Positions 8,811 through 18,100 of a stretch of DNA of 64,000 nt are shown here, piece by piece. Numbering within the stretch: position 1 is the first letter of the stretch; every line of letters starts with the position of its first letter. A program made the translations under genes and the position numbers. A model generated the notes under the pieces. The model saw nothing but the letters and a program-made list of their open reading frames with translations, did no database searches and had not been told where the DNA came from. The stretch spans positions 22,040 to 86,039 of the forward strand of contig CAMTWZ010000009.1 of NCBI GenBank assembly GCA_947085565.1, written 5' to 3'. Source of the stretch: an uncultured Bacteroidota bacterium. GTDB lineage: Bacteria; Bacteroidota; Rhodothermia; Balneolales; HLUCCA01.

Positions 8811-9730
8811 CACTCTTCCTCCATGATGAAATTGCAACCGCGGAGCTGCGTGGGGTTGTAGCGGCCCAGAACGTCGAATGAGCCGTCGGGATGGAGACGG
8901 CCTTTGTCGCCGGTAAGCAGAAAGGGACAAGAATGGAGATTATTCTCATCGATCAGGCCGATGAGCCCCTCATCTCCGACCGGGAGTTCACGCAACGGAT
9001 CTTTCGGATCGCGAATGCTCACATGCAGCCAAGGCGGAGTTCGGAAGCCGCCAAGGCCTGCGGCGTAGGCTTGGCTGAGGAGCTCGGTCATGCCGTATTC
9101 GGAATGGATCTGGCCAAGAGGCAGGGAGAACGCCTCGGCCAGGATCCGATGCATGTCGTGCCGGGAAATCTCGCGGCGGTAGGTTTTCATGCCGCCGGTC
9201 TCCATGATGATCGCGGACTCGGGCAACGCGACGGGATGTTTTTCGGCAAGGTCGAGCAGGCCGAACGCCGCACCGAAGAGCATCAGGGTTTTTCCGGAGG
9301 CGCGGACGTGGTCCAACCAAGCCGGGTCGATGGGTAGGCCAGGGATTAGAAAGCGGCTGAGGGGATGGGAGTTCTCCACGAGGTCACGGAGCATCCACAT
9401 CAGCGAGGAATGCGGATTCTGATCATACCCCGGGGCGTAGGCTGCGAAAATCATCGCATCCACATCATAAAAATAGGCCATACCCTCTCTGAGCGATCTC
9501 CTGTACACCTCCGCATACGCCACATGATGCACAGATCGACGCATCTCCGTGGTGCCGCTGCTTCGGAATTCAAGCTCCGGCGGATGATCACCGGCGGCAT
9601 AGATCTTTGTTTCTCGAAACGCCTCAACCGGAAGCAACGGAATGGAATCAATCATCCCGAATGCCTCATAGAAGCTTCTGTACACAGGATTGTGTTCCAA
9701 TTGATGCTCAAGGAGTTCCGTGAATGCCAT
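8810..9730 (-). CDS. LuxE-like acyl-protein synthetase / acyl-adenylate-forming enzyme
   Basis: NPVYRSFYEAFG, FRSSGTT and ETGGMKTYRREISR match my memory of the LuxE/PaaK-type family. The ATG at 9730 is preferred over the track TTG at 9736. Confidence 0.65.
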   Translation of the reverse strand: MAFTELLEHQLEHNPVYRSFYEAFGMIDSIPLLPVEAFRETKIYAAGDHPPELEFRSSGTTEMRRSVHHVAYAEVYRRSLREGMAYFYDVDAMIFAAYAPGYDQNPHSSLMWMLRDLVENSHPLSRFLIPGLPIDPAWLDHVRASGKTLMLFGAAFGLLDLAEKHPVALPESAIIMETGGMKTYRREISRHDMHRILAEAFSLPLGQIHSEYGMTELLSQAYAAGLGGFRTPPWLHVSIRDPKDPLRELPVGDEGLIGLIDENNLHSCPFLLTGDKGRLHPDGSFDVLGRYNPTQLRGCNFIMEEE

Positions 9731-9771
9731 TTCCAAAGGTACGACGCAGGGTGTATCTTTGTCGCTATTCC

Positions 9772-10740
9772 ATGGAACACCCGCATCTTCACATTTCCGG
9801 CGTCAGCAAGAGGTATGAGTCTCTCAATGTCTTGAATGAGGTGTCGCTGGACATCCGGAAAGGCGAATTCTTCTTTCTTCTGGGTCCGAGCGGATGCGGT
9901 AAGACCACTCTTTTACGGATCCTCGCCGGCTTGCTCGACCCCGACGAAGGCTCCATACATCTCGACGGCTCCGATATCACGCACATCAAGCCGCATTTGC
10001 GCGATGTGAAGACCGTTTTCCAGCATTACGCCCTCTTTCCGCACATGACCGTCTTCGACAATGTGGCGTTCGGTTTGCGGATGAAAAAAACTGCCGAATC
10101 CGAGGTCCGACCCAAAGTCGTCGAAGCCTTGCGGATGGTGGCCATGGAAGGCTTCGAGAACCGGAAACCCTTCCAACTCAGCGGCGGACAGTCGCAGCGC
10201 GTTGCCCTTGCCCGTGCTTTGGTCAATGAACCGAAAGTCCTGTTACTGGATGAGCCTCTTGGCGCGCTCGATGTCCAGCTCCGCCAGCAGATGCAGCTCG
10301 AGCTCAAGCAATTGCAACGCCGACTGAACACCACGTTCGTGTGCGTGACGCACGACCAAGAGGAAGCGCTTAGCCTTGGCGACCGCATCGCGGTGATGAA
10401 CCTCGGCGTGGTGCAACAGATCGGCACGCCCGATGAGGTCTATCATCGCCCATCCAACCGCTTCGTCTGCGAATTCCTCGGCGCCAGCAACATCATGAGC
10501 ATAGAGGGACGTGAGTACGGACTTCGCCCTGAACGCATCCGCATCGATAGCGGGTCCATCCAAGATGAGGTCGAAATCACCGATTGCTTGTTCAACGGCC
10601 ACTTCCGACAGGTTCTCGCCCGACGAGGAAATGGCGAGATCATGCGAATCCATATTTCGAATCGCCCCGACGAGCAGGCAGTGAGCATCGGAGCTCGGAT
10701 CCGAGTCGGCTGGAACCACACCGATCTCATGCCGCTATGA
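9772..10740 (+). CDS. potA: spermidine/putrescine ABC transporter ATP-binding protein
   Basis: Walker A GPSGCGKTT, signature LSGGQSQR, Walker B LLLDEP, and a C-terminal TOBE-like domain. The ATG at 9772 (MEHPHLHISGVSKRY) is preferred over 9724. Confidence 0.88.
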   Translation: MEHPHLHISGVSKRYESLNVLNEVSLDIRKGEFFFLLGPSGCGKTTLLRILAGLLDPDEGSIHLDGSDITHIKPHLRDVKTVFQHYALFPHMTVFDNVAFGLRMKKTAESEVRPKVVEALRMVAMEGFENRKPFQLSGGQSQRVALARALVNEPKVLLLDEPLGALDVQLRQQMQLELKQLQRRLNTTFVCVTHDQEEALSLGDRIAVMNLGVVQQIGTPDEVYHRPSNRFVCEFLGASNIMSIEGREYGLRPERIRIDSGSIQDEVEITDCLFNGHFRQVLARRGNGEIMRIHISNRPDEQAVSIGARIRVGWNHTDLMPL

Positions 10741-11561
10741 GAAAGTCGCTGCTTCTGGCTCCTGCGGCTTGGTTGGCGGTCTTGTTCATCACACCGTTGG
10801 CGGTGGTTTTCGCATACAGTTTTTTCGAGCGCGGCGCCTATGGAGAGATCATTCCGACATTCCAGTTCGATAATTACCTCCGCGCCATCGATCCGCTGTA
10901 CGCATCCACCCTTTGGCGCTCCATCCGGCTTTCTTTGATCGCAACGGGAATCAGCCTCGTTTTCGGATATCCCTTGGCATGGTACATCGCCTCGCGTAGC
11001 GACCGAACAAAGAAATTGCTGCTGGTTCTGCTGCTGGTCCCTTTCTGGACCAACTTCCTCGTCCGCACCTACTCATGGATCTTCATTCTGCGCACCGAAG
11101 GACTCATGAACTCCGTGCTTCTGAATCTCGGCCTCATCCGAACTCCCATCGAAATCCTGTTCACGGAAACCGCGGTCATCATCGGCTTGGTGTACACCTA
11201 CCTTCCGTTCATGGTGCTGCCGATCTATGTGTCGGTGGAAAAGCTGGACGGGCGTTTGCTGGATGCGGCCCGCGACCTTGGCGCCACCTCGATTCAACTG
11301 TTCAGGAAAGTGATCCTTCCGCTTACGCGTCCGGGAGTGATTTCAGGATGCATCCTGGTGTTCGTGCCCTGCCTCGGCGCGTACATCACCCCGGATCTGC
11401 TTGGCGGTGCGAAAAGCCTGATGATGGGGAATCTCATCCAGATGCAGTTCCTATCGGCCCGTGACTGGCCCTTCGGCGCAGCGCTGTCTTTTCTGGTGAT
11501 GGGAATCGTGCTGGTTCTGCTGTATGTCTCGGCGAAAGCACAACAACAGGAATCCCGATGA
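10737..11561 (+). CDS. potB: spermidine/putrescine ABC transporter permease
   Basis: Six-TM BPD-transport permease with an EAA-like loop (LDAARDLGATSIQLFRKVILPLTRPG). The ATG at 10737 overlaps the potA stop (ATGA). The track start at 10584 lies inside potA. Confidence 0.85.
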   Translation: MRKSLLLAPAAWLAVLFITPLAVVFAYSFFERGAYGEIIPTFQFDNYLRAIDPLYASTLWRSIRLSLIATGISLVFGYPLAWYIASRSDRTKKLLLVLLLVPFWTNFLVRTYSWIFILRTEGLMNSVLLNLGLIRTPIEILFTETAVIIGLVYTYLPFMVLPIYVSVEKLDGRLLDAARDLGATSIQLFRKVILPLTRPGVISGCILVFVPCLGAYITPDLLGGAKSLMMGNLIQMQFLSARDWPFGAALSFLVMGIVLVLLYVSAKAQQQESR

Positions 11562-12349
11562 GATCGCGCATCGCATTGCATCTGAACGCTTGGCTCGTGT
11601 ATGGATTCATCTACGCACCCATCCTCATCCTGATCGTGTTTTCCTTCAATCAGGAACGGATCAACGCGGTATGGACCGGCTTCACCGTCGATTGGTATCT
11701 GAAACTCTTTTCTGATGGGGAAATCTTGTCGGCGCTGATGAACAGCCTGATCATCGGTATTCCCAGCACGCTGATCGCCACGGTATTGGGCACGATGGCG
11801 GCCTTAGGTATGCATCGGACCCGCTTCCGCGGGAAACAGCTCTTCGAATCGATCTTGTATCTGCCCATCGTCATTCCAGAGATCGTGATGGCGGTATCCC
11901 TGCTCACGTTTTATGTCTGGGTGCAGCTTCAACTGGGATCGGTGTCCGTAATTCTGGCCCATGTCACCTTCAACATCAGCTTCGTGTTCGTGATCGTGGC
12001 CGCCCGCCTGGCCGATATGGACGACCGACTCGAAGACGCCGCGCGAGACCTGGGCGCCACGGGCTGGCAGACCTTCCGTCATGTCACCTTTCCGCTCATC
12101 TCGCCAGGAATCATCGCCGGGGCGCTGCTCGCGTTCACCATTTCCTGGGACGACTTCCTCATCGCGTTCTTCACTGCGGGTGTGGGTTCAACCACCCTTC
12201 CGATGAAAGTCTATTCCATGATCAAATTCGGGGTCTCGCCCGAAATCAACGCCGTATCGACCATCATGATCCTGTTCACCATGATCCTGATGCTGCTCGC
12301 GCTTCGGTTCGAAGGAATCACCAAAACAGCCAAAACCTTAGGAAGCTGA
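11558..12349 (+). CDS. potC: spermidine/putrescine ABC transporter permease
   Basis: Permease with loop LEDAARDLGATGWQTFRHVTFPLISPG. ATGA overlap with potB. Confidence 0.85.
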   Translation: MRSRIALHLNAWLVYGFIYAPILILIVFSFNQERINAVWTGFTVDWYLKLFSDGEILSALMNSLIIGIPSTLIATVLGTMAALGMHRTRFRGKQLFESILYLPIVIPEIVMAVSLLTFYVWVQLQLGSVSVILAHVTFNISFVFVIVAARLADMDDRLEDAARDLGATGWQTFRHVTFPLISPGIIAGALLAFTISWDDFLIAFFTAGVGSTTLPMKVYSMIKFGVSPEINAVSTIMILFTMILMLLALRFEGITKTAKTLGS

Positions 12350-12350
12350 C

Positions 12351-13376
12351 ATGAAAAACATCTGGATCATTGCAGGGATCCTGGCCGTCTCCGCTTGCGG
12401 TGGCGACACCCGTCCCACACTGAGTTTCTACAACTGGGGATATTACATCGCCGACACCACCATCCCCGATTTCGAGTCCGAATTCGGCGTGAAGGTGATT
12501 TACGACAACTTTTCGAGCAACGACGAGCTTTACGCCAAACTGCGGACCGGCGCCAGCGGGTACGATGTGACCATGCCCAGCGATTACATGGTCGAAATCA
12601 TGACCAAGCAAGGCATGTTGGAGGAATTGGATTTTGCGAACATCCCGAACATCGAAAACATCGACCCACGCTTCAGAAATCTGCCGTTCGATCCCGAAGG
12701 CCGCTATTCCATCCCTTATCAATGGGGAACCACGGGAATCGGAGTGAACACGAAATACATCAAAGAGAACATCGACAGTTGGACAGCGCTCTGGGATCCC
12801 AAGTACAAAGGGCGTATCAGCGTGATCGACAACATGCGCAGCGGCTTGGTGCCGGCCTTACGCCTTCTCGGACACTCCGTGAATGAAACCGATCCAAAGA
12901 AACTGGAAGCCGCTCGCGACATGATGATCGCACAGAAAGAATTCGTACGCACCTACTCCAGCGACACCTATATCGACCTGCTCAAATCGGGAGATGTCTG
13001 GTTGGCGATGGGATGGAGCGGCGACATCTACCAAGTCATGAAAGAGAATCCGGATGTGATTTTCATCATCCCGAAAGAAGGAAGTTACGTCTGGGTCGAC
13101 AACCTTGTGATTCCCAAGGGATCAAAAAACAAAGATTTGGCCGAATCTTTTCTGAATTATCTGTTGCGTCCGCAAGTAGGAGCCGATATCTCCAATTACA
13201 CAGGCTATTCCACCCCGAACATGGCCTCCCATCCTCTCGTGCTCGATTCGCTACGCAACGATACGTCGCTGTACCCGCCTCAGAGCGTCCTTGATCGACT
13301 CGAATTCCTCAAAGACGTCGGTAGTGAAGCCACCGCGGTGTACAGCCGCATCTGGAACGAAATCAAATCGAAATGA
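12351..13376 (+). CDS. potD: spermidine/putrescine-binding periplasmic lipoprotein
   Basis: Lipobox (ILAVSAC) and a PotD/PotF-type SBP pattern (LSFYNWGYYI, YDVTMPSDYMV, IPYQWGTTGI). Confidence 0.85.
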   Translation: MKNIWIIAGILAVSACGGDTRPTLSFYNWGYYIADTTIPDFESEFGVKVIYDNFSSNDELYAKLRTGASGYDVTMPSDYMVEIMTKQGMLEELDFANIPNIENIDPRFRNLPFDPEGRYSIPYQWGTTGIGVNTKYIKENIDSWTALWDPKYKGRISVIDNMRSGLVPALRLLGHSVNETDPKKLEAARDMMIAQKEFVRTYSSDTYIDLLKSGDVWLAMGWSGDIYQVMKENPDVIFIIPKEGSYVWVDNLVIPKGSKNKDLAESFLNYLLRPQVGADISNYTGYSTPNMASHPLVLDSLRNDTSLYPPQSVLDRLEFLKDVGSEATAVYSRIWNEIKSK

Positions 13377-14008
13377 GCGAACCTCTCATGAACACCCTTT
13401 CCGAGCCGTGCGACGCGGTATGGCGCGACCGCGGTTCCAAATTCCTCGCCTATGCGAGGCGGGTGGGTCAGGAGACGGAAATCGCTGCGTTCGCCAAAGA
13501 GATTCGATTGCGGTGGCCCGATGCCACGCATCATTGCCTTGGCGCGCGATGGAATCCCGACAGCATCATGGAAATAGGTCAGGACGATGGAGAGCCATCG
13601 GGTACCGCAGGCTTACCCATCCTGAACCAACTGCGTTCCCGAAAACTGGTGAACGTGGCCTGCATCGTGGTCAGATATTTCGGTGGCACGAAACTCGGGA
13701 AGCCAGGCCTAATCCAAGCCTATGGCACCGCGGCCGCCGCATGCCTGGATGAGGCTTCGCTGCTGCCGATCGAAAAGAAGAATCTGTTCAGGATTACCAC
13801 CTCCTTCACCGAAATCAAATGGATCGAGTATCAGGTGAGGAAATCCGGTGCAAAAATCCTATCCACATCGTTCACAGACATCATCCGGTATGAATTGGGT
13901 GTTCCCGACGGCTCCACCGCCGAATTCCTGTCACAAATGCAGATCCACGGCATGCAGCGCGTGAAAATCGAACCCCTCGGCACCACCTGGGATCATAAAA
14001 GCGCTTAA
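13373..14008 (+). CDS. yigZ: YigZ/IMPACT family protein
   Basis: RGSKFLAY, ATHHCLGARW and DDGEPSGTAGLPIL are the UPF0029/IMPACT signature. ATGA overlap with potD. Confidence 0.85.
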   Translation: MSEPLMNTLSEPCDAVWRDRGSKFLAYARRVGQETEIAAFAKEIRLRWPDATHHCLGARWNPDSIMEIGQDDGEPSGTAGLPILNQLRSRKLVNVACIVVRYFGGTKLGKPGLIQAYGTAAAACLDEASLLPIEKKNLFRITTSFTEIKWIEYQVRKSGAKILSTSFTDIIRYELGVPDGSTAEFLSQMQIHGMQRVKIEPLGTTWDHKSA

Positions 14009-14580
14009 CTGGACGATTTTTTCTTGTAACAGGAATGGAGTTTGGCCAATAAGCGGCTTTTTCTGACCCGCACCAAAACCGGACTGATCTTGAACAGCTT
14101 GCTCACAGTCAGATACGACGCTTCGGGTTCATCCATATAGAATTGGATGAATGCGCGATTGGGTTCATCCAGAAGTTCCATGCATTTGCGGAGGATATCC
14201 TCCCTCTCCTGATCCACCAGTCTCTTGTATTGCTCGGCGGGATCCGTCATGTATTGCTCTTCCAGGACCATTCCCCCCTCCCGCATCTCTTTCTTCACCG
14301 TCTTGAAGAATTCATTGCGCGCGGAAATCATCAGATAGCCAATCACGTTCACAGACGTATCGTAATGGCCTGACTTCACCCTGTCGATCATCGAAAAAAG
14401 CGCCTGCTGGGCGCATTCTTCAGCGAGATAGGCGTTGGAACGTACGGTGATGCTCAGATACTCCCTGATCTGAGGTAAGATGATCCGCGTAAACGCATCC
14501 ATCACAGGATGATCATCCTGCACAATGGCTTGGAGAATCTCTTCCGACGAAAATTGAGGGGCACTTGGTTTCGTTGACAC
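14005..14580 (-). CDS. RNA polymerase sigma factor, ECF-like (sigma-70 family)
   Basis: 191 aa. The N-terminus SSEEILQAIVQDDHPVMDAFTRII follows the usual ECF pattern. Region-2-like YLMISARNEFFKTVKK and region-4 HTH-like SYLTVSKLFKISPVLVRVRKSRLLAKL. GTG start. The stop overlaps the yigZ stop (convergent). Confidence 0.6.
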   Translation of the reverse strand: MSTKPSAPQFSSEEILQAIVQDDHPVMDAFTRIILPQIREYLSITVRSNAYLAEECAQQALFSMIDRVKSGHYDTSVNVIGYLMISARNEFFKTVKKEMREGGMVLEEQYMTDPAEQYKRLVDQEREDILRKCMELLDEPNRAFIQFYMDEPEASYLTVSKLFKISPVLVRVRKSRLLAKLHSCYKKKSSS

Positions 14581-14714
14581 GGGTCAAGTTACAAAATGCG
14601 AAGTGAAGCGCCACGCCATTTCAAAAGGATTTTTTTTGAAAATATTTTTTTAATTAGAGCTTCTTAATTATACTAAGTCATTAAAAATCAATGACTAAAA
14701 ATTTTTATTAGAGT

Positions 14715-14745
14715 GCTGTAACATTTGGCACCTCTCGGAATCATA
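14715..14745 (+). promoter_or_regulatory. promoter-like motif GCTGTAACA-N10-CTC-N-G-N-ATCATA upstream of the lipoprotein/CHAT unit
   Basis: GCTGTAACATTTGGCACCTCTCGGAATCATA. 21 of 31 positions are identical to the minus-strand motif at 19730-19760 upstream of the receiver gene. Confidence 0.4.
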
Positions 14746-14868
14746 TATATGAATAGATAAATGATCATAATCGGATAGAGTGGACATTCACTTTAAACTT
14801 AGTGAGTTTATCTTAATGGACTTATGCCTTATATCAACAAAACCATCATACCCAAGATACATAATACC

Positions 14869-15102
14869 ATGAATACGAAATCCACCCTCTTCGCTGTAGC
14901 CGCTGCCGCTATCCTCTTGACTGGCTGCGCCAACTCCACTGACGCCCTCCGCAATGTTGGCGGTCACAGGGAAGGCATCATCGTCAACAAACCCCCAACC
15001 CGCGCGCCAAGCACCAATGCGGATGCCACCGACCGCGATACAGACGCGATCTTCAACGTCGGCGGGCATAAAGAAGGTATTATCGTCAACAAGCCGGAAT
15101 AA
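14869..15102 (+). CDS. small lipoprotein made of two 19-aa repeats (NVGGHxEGIIVNKP core)
   Basis: Signal plus lipobox MNTKSTLFAVAAAAILLTGC. Repeats DALRNVGGHREGIIVNKPP (14941-14997) and DAIFNVGGHKEGIIVNKPE (15043-15099) differ mostly at synonymous sites. The track start at 14824 adds 15 aa before the signal peptide. Confidence 0.65.
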   Translation: MNTKSTLFAVAAAAILLTGCANSTDALRNVGGHREGIIVNKPPTRAPSTNADATDRDTDAIFNVGGHKEGIIVNKPE

Positions 15103-15156
15103 TCTTCGAGATCGCCGTGCTGTGGGTATATTAGCGACCGAACGCTACCCACAGAC

Positions 15157-18100
15157 ATGCTTCGAAACGTATTCATAGTGATGTTGATTTTCGTCTCTGA
15201 GGTTGCTTTTGGGCAACCTCAGAGATTCATTCAGCAGCAACAAGCCGATCAGCTCCTCCAGAGGATTGTTCAGCGCGAGTATGTGGCTATGCATGTTTGG
15301 GGTTTGTCTCAACTCACAGCCCAAGACACAGAGTTGCACAAGTATGTGCGAACCAGGGCGGGCACGTTCCAACCCAGGACATCCGCTGTTGATTGTTATC
15401 TGAACGCCATCACAGCCGTCGGTCATTCCGCCGTGATGAAAGCCGCATGGGACTGCGAGCGGCTACCCGATCTGGGCGTCCTGTATCTGTACAGTTTGGA
15501 ACCGACCGAGAGGGCTGCCGCCTACCGATCGAACCTGACCCATTTCCGCTATTCCTCTTCCGATCCCGTGATAGATGCATATCTGAAAAGGGCGTTGAAT
15601 CCGGATGCGGATGTGGCTGGCATTGCAGGAAAACGCGCTTTCCGAGCCGCAGACGTGCTATTGATTCCGCCAGGTTACGGGTATTCGGACGGGAATGCGG
15701 TTCATTACCTGTCGCTTCTCGACCATTGGTCTATTGGGCTTCAACCCACACGCAGAAGTCTCTCATTCGCAGACACCTATCAAGTCTTTCTGCTGATCGA
15801 CTCCTACCATGTTCGAAGCCAATACGAAAGGGTCTATCCGTTCATGGAGACGATTTCGGGGTCAAGTATTTTCCCGGATATCGATATCAAGCTCCGCACG
15901 TACCGGCGGCTGGCGTTCGCCGCATACTATCTGGCGTATTACCAATCGGCATTGGATTTCTACAGACGCGATTTGCTGCCTACTGTCAGAAGGATGTCCG
16001 ATGGAAATCCCAATTATGTCGAAGCGCGACTTCGAGTTGAAACCGATTTTGGGAGCATTCTTTTCCTTCTTGGGGATATTCAGAGTGCTAGAGACATCTA
16101 TGCGAAGATTTTTCATCGCCGAGCGGAGCTGACCGATCTTCGCGCCCGATCCACGCTTCTCAACAACCTCGCCGTCGCTTATTTGAACACTGGGATGGTG
16201 GGCGATTATCTATCGCTGCAGTTTCAAGCCTTGTCGGATGCGCGACTTTCCAGAGACAATCAAAACCAACTGCAGATTCTGAATAATCTGTACGTGTTCC
16301 ATTGGCGTCGGGGCGATTGGGAAAACGGAATCCGATACTTGAACAAGGCTTACGAAGTCGCACTTGAGTCGAATGCGAAAGAGGAATTAGGCAACATCCT
16401 GTCGTTGTATGGCACCTATCATCGTGAATTTCTAAAAAACCCTGCGAAAGCCCTCGAGTTCAACGACCGAGCCATCAGCCTCTTGCAGAGCACGGGGTCG
16501 AAAATCACGCTTCGGCTTGTTCAATTCGAAAAAGCACTCACTTTGGAGAGCTTGGGAAGATATGATGACGCGATTGCCTTGTACACTGAGATCGAGTCGG
16601 ATGCGGCACTGCGGAATGATCTAGTTTCAGCTACGGTGACACGTATTCAACGCATCCATCTGTTGCAGACATTGGGACGTCACGGGCAAACCAGCGAGTT
16701 GGTCACCTCTCTGAAAAACAAGGACCTACGCAACACCCTTGATTTCGAGAAATTCATTGAGGCCGTGAATGTGGTTGCGACTGACGACATCCACCAAAAC
16801 CAACCACGCAAAGCATTGGCGCTTCTCGAACCTGTGGTGACGGAGATTTTCACACGTATCGAGAACAGTGCGGATTCCCAGACCGGTTTCATCCGCTTCA
16901 AACCGGAATTCGCTGTTTCCATCCGGATCCTTGTGGATTTGCACCTTTCGTTGAATCAGCTCGAAAAGGCCGCTGAATTGCTTGATGCGGTAAAGACCGT
17001 GAATCAATCTTCCCTGAACAACAGCAATCTCATAAGATCATCCCTGTTCAGCGAATCTGAGCGTCTGGAAGATTTCAAATTGATGCAAGACATCGAGCAG
17101 ACACGCGGAAAGTTGATGGATGCCAGCGAAACCCAGAAACTGGAATTGAACAACCGACTGCTGCAGTTGCAGCGCAAGCGACTTCCAGGTATCAACTTCA
17201 AAGACCGCTCCATCCATGAAGCGCAGCAGTTCTTGGGCAAAGGACATGCGATTGTTTCCATCACTGTTGTAGACCACAAGGTCTATCGCACAACGGTGAC
17301 CAGAACATCGATCCGAGTCAACGCCTTGGCTGGAAGCAAAGGTATGTTGGAAGAATGGTCGCAGATCGGGACCAAGCTGCAATCCGGAACCACTCCGCTC
17401 AATGATCTGCACAAATTGTATCAGCGGTTGCTGGGTGATGTCATGAAATCGAAACCCAGTCATCTGATTTTCATTCCAGACGGTCCGCTTCATCGAATTC
17501 CGGTGGAAATCCTACCCACCACTGCGCCCGCTTCCGAGACATCCTTCGGCAGCGTTCGATTTTTGATTGAGGACCTGCCTGTCACCTATTCCACATCCAT
17601 CAGAGAGCACCATTCCACTGACCGTACGCGCCCGGATTACACCTCCGATTTTCTCGGGGTGGGAATCTCCCGGTTGCGTTCTTTCCCGTTGATGAATCCC
17701 CTTCCGTTCGCCGAGCAGGAAGTGAACCGGATCAGCAACACACTGTCCAAATTGGGCAATCAACGCATCCTAACGGGTGCGGAGGCAACGGAAGCGGCCA
17801 TCCGACAAAATGCGGCGGGAAGCAGGATTTTGCACATCGCTTCCCACAGCGAAGTGAACATGTCCGACCCGCTGTTTTCAGTGATTTATCTGGAAGCAAA
17901 TGAAACCGACGATGGAGCCTTGTATGCCTATGAACTCTTCGGCATGAATCTGGACATGGAGCTCATCATGTTGAGCAGTTGCGAATCGGGCAGCGGCAGC
18001 TTCATCCAAGGAAGCGGCATGGTGGGTTTGGGCCGTGCGTTGCGATCTGCGGGAGCGCGAAGCCTGGTGATGAACATGTGGTCGATCCAGGACCAGACCG

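Noticed and set aside
8811-8930. Long N-terminal extensions in the ORF track (for example 8811-8930, 7711-7749, 10584-10736, 22616-22684, 26765-26854, 51458-51556)
   Set aside because: The extensions start at TTG or GTG codons, overlap upstream genes or spacers, and are Arg/Pro/Ser-rich. Internal ATG codons give N-termini that match the respective families or create ATGA-type coupling.
14588-14593. TGTAAC (minus strand) just upstream of the sigma factor start as an autoregulatory promoter
   Set aside because: It lies only about 8 nt from the GTG start, and the flanking bases do not match the 31-nt shared motif. Using it as a -35 would force a truncated sigma that lacks its typical N-terminus.
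14726-14742. TGGCAC at 14726-14731 as a possible sigma-54 -24 element
   Set aside because: The expected TTGC(A/T) at the -12 position after a 5-nt spacer is absent (the sequence reads CTCTC GGAAT). The TGGCAC falls inside the spacer of the shared GCTGTAACA...ATCATA motif.
15393-16040. 215-aa alternative-frame ORF inside the CHAT gene
   Set aside because: The translation is Arg/Ser/Cys-rich with no motif. The main frame is continuous for 1064 aa with coherent domains.
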